From: an uncultured cyanobacterium
GTDB taxonomy: Bacteria; Cyanobacteriota; Cyanobacteriia; Pseudanabaenales; Pseudanabaenaceae
Reading direction: 5' to 3'
NCBI GenBank assembly: GCA_963703315.1
Contig: OY969811.1
Coordinates: 2,976,001-3,040,000, forward strand
DNA length: 64,000 nt
Shown here: piece by piece, positions 20,346 through 29,100 of the stretch
Position numbering within the stretch: the first letter of the stretch is position 1
Layout: every line of letters starts with the position of its first letter
The notes under the pieces: model-generated
Databases searched by the model: none
What the model was told of the DNA's origin: nothing
Seen by the model: the letters and a program-made list of their open reading frames with translations, nothing else
Program-made: the position numbers and the translations under genes

Positions 20346-21771
20346 TCTTGAGCAAAATCTCGACAAAAATATAGATAGCCCTAGTCAATCACAAGTACCA
20401 CAATGGGATTGGTACTTAGTTTTCGGTGGGTTAGGCATCTTCGCAATCGCCTTATTTTTGCATTTTTGGCAACTGGGTAAAATTCCCTATCCTGTTTTTG
20501 ATGAAGTTATGTTTGGCAAATACGCCGAAGAATATCTAGATGGTGCGCCCTCATGGGAAGGACATCCGCCACTAGGTAAGTTTTTCATTATGTTGGGGAT
20601 TCTGCTCTTTGGACGTAATGAATTTGGCTATCGGTTTCTCGGTGCTTGTTTTGGATCGATCTTGCCACTATTAGCGATCGGATTAATTTATCGCCTCACT
20701 TACAAACGGAATCTCGCCTTATTGTCAGGGTTGTTTTTAGGTAGTGATGGCTTATTTTTAGTGGAGTCGCGCTTAGGTTTAATCAATGTATTTTTAGTCG
20801 CTACGGGTTTCACCTCACAAATTTTCTTACTGGCAGGTTTAGAACATAAGGGTAAATTACGCACATTTTTACTCTGTTGTGCAGGATTGCTCTTAGGTGC
20901 GGCTGCCTCCGTGAAATGGAATGGATTGGGATTTAGCTTATTATTGTTTTTGCTTTTGCTATGGGTTGGCACAATTGCCAAATTTTTTCCCAAACATTTA
21001 AGCCGATTGGGAATACTCGCAGAAATTACGAGTCTACGTTGGTGGGAATATCTACTCTGTTTTGTCATCAGCCCGATCGCCTTTTATTTGGTGCAGTGGA
21101 TTCCTTTGTTTATGCTAAATTCGGGCGATATCTATCAAGAAAGTGGGTTTCAGGCACTCCCTTCATTTTGGAACTCATTAGTTAAGGTGCATCAGCATAT
21201 TCTTTGGTGGCATTCGGCAGATATTGTAACTACCCTTGATCCCGCCCATCCTGTCCATCCCTACTGTTCGGCGGCAATTTCTTGGGCGGTGATGGCAAGA
21301 CCTGTGGGCTATTATTTTCAAAATCAGAATGGATATTTTACAGTGATGCAGGGGATCGGCAATCCGATTTTGTGGTGGTTCTCGACCCTCGCGATCGCCT
21401 TGATTACAGTCGCCTCAGTTTTACCAAATTTACCCAAATTTTACAAAAAAGCCAATGTCGGTAGTACCAACTATGTACTTTTAGGATATTTTTCTAACTA
21501 TGTGCCTTGGTTAATTGTGAAGCGATGCCTATTTGTCTATCACTACATGGCGGCGGCAGTCTTTAGCTTTGTCGCATTGGCATGGCTAGTTAATCAAATG
21601 TTGGAGCAGAAAGGAATTTACCGCTATTTTGGCTATGGAATTATTGCTTTAGTTATCTTCACGCAAATTTTCTTTTTACCAATCTGGATTGGCTTACCAA
21701 TTCTGCCCAGTGATTTCTATCATCGGATTTGGTTTATGCCAGACAGAATATCAGGATTCAATTGGATTTGA
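20320..21771 (+). CDS. Protein O-mannosyltransferase (PMT/GT39 family)
   Basis: VFDEV, HPPLGK, VESR, SVKWNG, HPYCS...W...RP, GNPILWW, RCLFVYHY. Confidence 0.88.
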   Translation: MIMQNLENNLEQNLDKNIDSPSQSQVPQWDWYLVFGGLGIFAIALFLHFWQLGKIPYPVFDEVMFGKYAEEYLDGAPSWEGHPPLGKFFIMLGILLFGRNEFGYRFLGACFGSILPLLAIGLIYRLTYKRNLALLSGLFLGSDGLFLVESRLGLINVFLVATGFTSQIFLLAGLEHKGKLRTFLLCCAGLLLGAAASVKWNGLGFSLLLFLLLLWVGTIAKFFPKHLSRLGILAEITSLRWWEYLLCFVISPIAFYLVQWIPLFMLNSGDIYQESGFQALPSFWNSLVKVHQHILWWHSADIVTTLDPAHPVHPYCSAAISWAVMARPVGYYFQNQNGYFTVMQGIGNPILWWFSTLAIALITVASVLPNLPKFYKKANVGSTNYVLLGYFSNYVPWLIVKRCLFVYHYMAAAVFSFVALAWLVNQMLEQKGIYRYFGYGIIALVIFTQIFFLPIWIGLPILPSDFYHRIWFMPDRISGFNWI

Positions 21772-23040
21772 GATCTTTGAGGTTGATTGCCAGTGAGTCA
21801 TTTGGAAGATGAGAACTAAAAATAAAATTCCATTCACAGCGCTGATTGCTAAAGTCAAGCTCTGTATCCATAAATTAGGAACTGTGACATACCAAGCTTC
21901 ATAGTTATAACGGAAATAAACATAGGCGACATTTATGGAATTGGTAATTGTAAAGCCCCAATACAACCACTTAACTGTGGGGATTAAGGCGATCGCGATC
22001 GCTAAAAAAGCAAGGCTATACAACATATAGCGTTCATGCATCCTTGTAGGTAACATGAAAAATCCGATCAGCATCGTAGCTAACGCTAGGGAATGAGTTG
22101 CCAATTGTTCCTGTTGATCTCGTTGCTGATAAAGAAATATCCCCAACCATCCCAAGAGTATGACCAAAGAAACCAAACCAATTACCTTATAGCTAATCCC
22201 CCAAAATGTCGCATAGTCCCGTTCCCAATTTGCCCAGCCCCAAAAATTAAAAGCATTAACCGAAGCAAAGTTGTAATAGTCCGCCGTACGCTGCAACCGT
22301 TTATATAGATATAAAAATGGTGTGGTGATTCCATATTCAGTAAATCCATAAAATGGCAACGCAGCCAACCAGATTAATCCTAAAGATCCCATCGCGATCG
22401 CCCCCCATTTCCACCAAGCTTGCCGAAACCATTGGGAAAGCAATAAAAACGGCGCAATAAATAACCCTTGCGGTTTCACGATCACCATTACCGCGATTAA
22501 CAATCCTGCTCTGATCACATGATTTTGTTCAATTAGATAAAAAGCCAACAGCATCAACAAAGTCATTACCCCATCAATCTGTCCCCAAACCCCTGACACA
22601 AACCACATCAAAGGATTAAAGGCATAGAGTAGCCCCAACTTATACCCCTTGTCGCTGTAGGGTCTCAGAATTTGGGCGATCAAAAATGCAGAGCCAATAT
22701 TAGCTAAGACAGGTGGAATTTTAATTAACGCTGTGAATAACCATCCATCGGCATGACTGAAATGGGGATCAAAAAACTGATAGATTTTCCCGATCGCCCA
22801 CAACACATACAAATAAACAGGGGGATAGTCGCAGTTGGAATAGTTATAAAAGTTCCCCAATCCCTGTCGGACTATATCTATAGCCCAAGCCTTATATAAG
22901 TTCATATCAATACCAAAGGCGATCGGCACGCTAATTAGTAGAAGTTGGCAAGCCAAAGCGATCGCCAGTCCTATATAAAATTTTTGCGAATCCAACTTAT
23001 AAAAATCTAGCTCTAATTCTTTGTTTGCGATATTAGCCAT
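21751..23040 (-). CDS. GT-C membrane glycosyltransferase (ALG6/GT87-like)
   Basis: DYPPVYLY, FNP...SGVWGQIDG, KPQG, SVNAFNFW, TRMHERY. Confidence 0.78.
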   Translation of the reverse strand: MANIANKELELDFYKLDSQKFYIGLAIALACQLLLISVPIAFGIDMNLYKAWAIDIVRQGLGNFYNYSNCDYPPVYLYVLWAIGKIYQFFDPHFSHADGWLFTALIKIPPVLANIGSAFLIAQILRPYSDKGYKLGLLYAFNPLMWFVSGVWGQIDGVMTLLMLLAFYLIEQNHVIRAGLLIAVMVIVKPQGLFIAPFLLLSQWFRQAWWKWGAIAMGSLGLIWLAALPFYGFTEYGITTPFLYLYKRLQRTADYYNFASVNAFNFWGWANWERDYATFWGISYKVIGLVSLVILLGWLGIFLYQQRDQQEQLATHSLALATMLIGFFMLPTRMHERYMLYSLAFLAIAIALIPTVKWLYWGFTITNSINVAYVYFRYNYEAWYVTVPNLWIQSLTLAISAVNGILFLVLIFQMTHWQSTSKISNPIES

Positions 23041-23137
23041 GAAGCTTGTGCATTGGGTTTATGTTGATCAGCTCGAAATGTTTGTAACTTTTGCCTCTGT
23101 CGTGGGTAGTATATTGCAGTCAGGTTGGTAAAAGTTT

Positions 23138-26100
23138 ATGTCTGATTCTAAGCAAAGCCGTAAAATTAATCGCTTTTTTGCCGAATTTATCGCCAAGTTA
23201 AGAAAATGGCTCAATAAAATTGGCAGTCCTGTACGGATTAGTTGGCGGTTTGTGCGTCAATTACTAGGCGCATCAAAGGGGCGCGGCAAGGGGGCGGCAG
23301 GTTTTGTATTACCAACTGTGACCTTAGTGACTTTGCTAGTCACGTTATTAGTTGTGACCACTGTCGCTAGATCGTCAGATCGGGCAAACACGGCATCCAA
23401 TGCCCGCCAAGAACAAGTATTTAGAAGTGCCGCAACACCGATTATTGATCGCGCTCGTGCCAAAATTGATAAGCTGATCAATGACCCAAAACTACCCCGC
23501 ACAACACCACCTGAAACAACCCTAGATAGCGTCATCACCAGTGATGGAGGCACATATACATTACCCGATGAAACTCGTTTACAGCTAGTTTATAACTTCG
23601 ATGGTACGGCGGGGATTAAGTACGGAGGCAGTCAACTAGAAAATAAAGAGTATGTCTCCACCGCTTGGAAATTTCCGATTGATACCGACAACAATGGTAA
23701 GTTTGATTCTTACGGTTTGTATAGCATTCTCTTCCGTACCCGTCCTCCCTCAAAAGTAAATACCCGTCCCATTGTTCCCATTGAATCAAGATCGCTGCCA
23801 ATGGAAGAGGGGGTTCTATCAAGTGCCTGTGTATCAGCAGGCGATGTCAGCAACATTGCTAGTGATGGTGGTTGGACAACATCTAAAGACAAAAAGCTCC
23901 GTAAATCTTTCTTTGTTTATGCAGTTACTGTTCCTATTACCAGCGAGGAAAGTTATAAGGTTAATGGGGCTTTACTACCAGGATATGAGCTTTACAATGG
24001 CAGAACATCTATTAGTGCCGTTGAACTCCAACAAGACCGTGCGAGAACACCACAGAACAACAACGCGGTCTTTTTTGAAGGAGATACAGAGCTAGTTAAT
24101 GTTGCCACCTTCCGTCTCAATGGTCGGGTATATAGTGCTGGCAACCTCATGGTTGGTGCAGCAGCTAATAACCCGATTACTTTTTATCAAGTTAGTAGCT
24201 CTGGGGGTGTACCCGCAACTGCACCAACACTTCCTGGGCAAGTACCTCTACAAGCAACAACTAATCCTGATTGGTTTGGATCTTGCTATTACGAAAGACA
24301 AAATAGCTTAATTGCCGTAGCAGGGAATGTCGTCGAAGGTGATGCGGTTAGCTCTAATCCTGCAACACTTTCATCACAGTCAACAGGAATTGGGGCGCAA
24401 GCTGCTGCTTCACCTCCTAGTGGCGTGGTCAGTGTTCACTTATTTCTGGGCAATGGTAAACCGCCAGACACCGCCACCGATACAGGTTTGGCGGCAGGCA
24501 CAAGGATTGGGATCAAACAAATTACCGATACAGGCAATCCTGATACTTCTACAGTCAGTGCCAATAGCAGTGCGAACCCACCAAGAAACCTTAGTTCTAA
24601 ACTAGCCCTCAATGACTTTGCCTACAATCGCCGCATTGGCGCACTCGTTGATCTAGCGATCGCCAGACCTCAAACTACTGATCCTGTTTCTGTAAAAGAA
24701 GACTTTACAACAAGAGTTGCCGATGAAGCTTTATCATCCACAACAGAACAAGAAACCGCCAGAAGAGCAGCCTTTACGGTTTACTTTGGAGAAAGAATTC
24801 GCAAAGTCTCCTTTGCTGACGTATCTTCTACAACCACTGAAAATTTATCGTCCCTCGCGCTTGTAGAAATTCCTGTAACAGGTCAAACACCAGAACTAGC
24901 TCCTGGTCCCGGAGTGACTCGAATTAACTGGATGTTACCTAGTTTTGCCAATGCTAATTTTGGTAACACTAATTTCAGTCTTGCTACGGGTGTTGACTTC
25001 GATGGTAAAGGTGGCATTTTAGATGCCAATGGAGTTACCCTCTTAAAACCAAGCGCTCTCAATGGGCTAGGACTAGCGGCTGGTACTCCTGAAGATGTTA
25101 CCGAAAACAACGAAAAAATGTTGGGCGATCGCGTCCTCGTGGGCAATGGGTTGCCAGCAAGATGGCTCAAGAAAAGCGACATCACAGGGGCATTGCAATT
25201 TGTTGGCGAAAATGAACCCAATTACATCTCGACACTTGATAACTCCATTTTTTGGAACAGTACCAATGAGAATAGCCTGACAAACGTTGATCGTTATCGC
25301 TATACTCGCGCTGTCTCTTTGAGCAATTTGGGTGTAAGCGATCGCGGTGGATTTTGGGAACTCTCAGCAGCCCTTAACCCTGCTATTCCCGATGTTAACG
25401 CACCAACTACGATCATTCCTGAATCATCGCCTAAAACAGGTGGGCTGCGTGTAGTCACTAATGCAGGTATCTATAGCCGTCGTCCTGCTGATACATTTCT
25501 CCCTCGGTTCCGCACTGGCGTTCCCGACAATTCAAGTACAACTTGGAATGAGTCCAGTATGCCCATCTGGAATGGTCAGGCGATCGATAATCCTATCACC
25601 ACCATTAATGAAACTAATTTTGCTAAATCTGGAAATCCTGCCACTAACCTCGATCCAACGGTAGATGGCGAACAGGAAACCCAAAACTATGTAGTCTGGC
25701 AAGACTCCATGCCAATGACTAGTGCAAATGCTGCTGATAATCGCAAAGGCGATCTACAAATGCGGGCAACGGCAGTCTATCACTACAAATCTGATGCCTA
25801 CAACGCTGTCAGCACTCCAGAAGACTATCAAAGACCGCTCGCCTGTGTTAGCAGCTATTATGATCCGACCGACGCAACAACCGCCAAAAATGCTTCTGGA
25901 ACTCCGTGGAATGGCGGAGTGGGCGGTCGATCTAATAATGGACTAGTGTATCGAGTTGGATTGACTGCGGCGGATCTATCATTTACTAGCATCAGTTACA
26001 ACACCACCACTGGGTTATTCTCTGGTTTTGCAGATGCTGCCAGAAGACCCGCAGATCCCACTAATTCGGCATCTTCCTATGCTGATCGGCTTGCTTATCA

Positions 26101-29100
26101 GGCTAACTTGATCTTCCCCAATGGTCGCTTTGTTAATGAGCCATTAAGAGAAGTTCTCAAGAAAAAAATTACGACTCCATCGGCAAACTTGACTCTGCCA
26201 CAGCAATCGACCCTAGATTCTAATCTCTGTGCTTTACAGATTTTGAATGGCTCTGTAGCTCTAGCAAATACCAGCACCAGCGCCGCCACCATTAGTCCAG
26301 CTACAGGTTTAACCTCTGCGGAAATTCCTCATGGTACATTCCGCGAAAGTGCCTTCTTAAATGGTAGAGAAGTCAAATCGCTCAATCGCAATGAGTCCCT
26401 AACCGAAGCAGCAGTTGGGAATAGTCCACGCGGAACCACCGCCGCCGACAATGGTTTACCCATTATTCAGCCAAATCGGGGCGACATTTATGACCTCGAA
26501 ATAGAGCAACGTCAACCCCTCGAAATCCGCGCCACTGATATCGATATGGATCGGATGCGTGGTTCTAAAATTGTTGGTGGCAATAATACAGGTGTCGCTA
26601 CTGACTATCTGCTTCCCTATAGCGGTATCGTCTATGCAACCCGTGAAGATGCTCTCGAAGATCTGAGTTACTACAAAGTTGCGATCGATGCAACTACTTG
26701 TCCTCCCGTTACGGCTGGTAATCCTTGCCCAACATCCGATGCCGATCGCAAAAACCTTAGTTCTACTGACTTTAAGCTTGATCCCACCCGCAAACCTAGC
26801 AGCATCCGTCTAATTAATGGCTATCGTCTCTGGCGCAGTGCCTTAGTAAACACAGCCGCAAGTTTAGGAAATACCGATGGTACACAAGCTGTATCTAATG
26901 CCACCTATGCCACCTTCCCTTGGACAGAAGCAACCAAAGGCGAAAAGGGTTTAATCCTTGTTTCTAATTTGCCAGTTTACGTCAAGGCACAACGCGATCC
27001 CGTCACTCCTGCCAACAGACCTGGCTTCAACAGACACACCAGAGAAGAATTTACCCTAGCGCTAAATGAAAATACCGCCAGTCCTGATACGATTTGGGAT
27101 AACTTCTATCAGCGTCATGCTAACAATGGACCTGGGGATAGCCTGAATCCTAACTTTGCCTGTCGCCCTAACCCACTTACTACTTGCGTCGATGGTGATG
27201 AGTGGCGACCTGCAACGGTTTTGGCAGATGCGGTAACAGTGCTATCGGCGAACTATCGTGATGGTTATCGCATTGATGGCGACTATGATCTTAGTAATAA
27301 TGCCAATACCTCTACTAGCATCAACTGGCAGTCACAGCTAAATCCTTCGCTATTCCCCAACGACCCACGCAAAAATAGCAGTTATGTCCTCGACAGACGA
27401 CGTTCTGGCTTCTTTAATAATAATTTTGCCACCAGCGCTCTATGGCTAAATCGCCGTAACTCCGATCTTGTAGCTGTTCCTGACTCCGACTATTGGCCTG
27501 CCAACCCTGCGGCAGCAACTCCAGACAATGGCAACCTCGCTAGTTACAACGCGAATGGAGTTACGCCGATCCAGCGTCGGATTAACTTTAGTGAATATGG
27601 CATGGAGATTTGCCGCAAAGTCCCTGTCAGTGAATGTACTTTCTCCGACTGGGTTAAGGCTGGGGCTGGTACAACGACTTTACCTGCATTTAATACCACT
27701 ACAGGAGTCGTTTCTACGGCACCAGGCGCACCCCGATATATTTCCAATGCCGACTCACGTTTTGCGCGTCGTCTTTCGTTCTTACGTTTTGACGATATTT
27801 ACAAAGACGGCAATATGCAGATGGTTTTTGCCCACAATAGTTGTAGTGGCAATAATGGGGTATGGCCAATTGGCATTGGTGTGACCAGTGGCTCTGATGC
27901 CACAAATGGCTTTACCTATCCCCATATTATGGGTAACCTCACTGCTCCTTTTGACCTTAGTGCCACTGCCAACCAGAATAGTTATGGCACTGTACCCTGT
28001 CCTGAAAGAGGCATTAGAGTTAGCCTTACCAACGATGCATCAGCACCAGAAGGACGTAGACGTGATCAAAACTCCAATTTACAAACCTTAGAAGCACAAC
28101 TTGGTAATGACAATCTGCCTGTTCCTGTCTTTACGAATGCAAACAGCGTAACTACTTCGCCCGATAATACAACTTCTACGGCTGCACCATTACCTACGAA
28201 CCGAGCTGGTCGTAGTACTAACAATGCGGTTTATAGAAGGTTTGACTTTAGTGCTGAGATCACTGCCGCAGAGAGAGCTAATTTACCAGTAGGTCAATCA
28301 ATCCGAGTAAAGGTTACAGTCAGTTCAAACAATACTGGTACTACTGTACCAGGGGAAATTCCACCAGTGACAGGGCTACCGACATCAGCACTGCCTACTA
28401 AGTTTGCACAGATGTCTGAGGGGACTGACGGCACAAACACTCATAACACTAAAGCTGACTACATCAACCGTCTCTATAACCCATCTACTACCGCACTGGC
28501 GATGACAGTTCCTAGCCCTGTAACTATTCAGTCAAGCTTGGTTAATGGCAGTGTCACCACCAGCACATCAACACTTGCGAGTATCCCTGTTACTGCTAAT
28601 GGTGGTCAATATCCACGCCTTGCAGTTGCCGCCGCAAATAGTCCTGAAACTGTTGCCCCTGAAGTTGCGGCTTGTCCAGCCAATCAATACTGCACGGTAT
28701 TAACTTGGACTGGACCAACTAATACTGCTACAGATCCTAATATCAAAACCGTATCAGTACTAGTGGTTCGAGACAGCGCCCATGAGTCAAACAGTGACGA
28801 AACGTTTACAGTCCGACTTGATAACATCAGAGGTCCTCAAGCCACCTATGGCACAAGGACAAGAACAGGAACAATCCAGAGAGACAATCAGAATGCACCT
28901 AATCCCCTTTGTGAATCGGGACTGACTAATACTTACACGAATAACGATGATCTCATAACCACTGCGACTGCTGCTGTCACTTGTCCCACCCCAACTCCCA
29001 CCCCAACTCCCACCCCAACTCCCACCCCAACTCCCACCCCAACTCCCACCCCAACTCCTACCCCAGGTGGAGGTGGTGTTGGTTCAATTACACAACCTAC

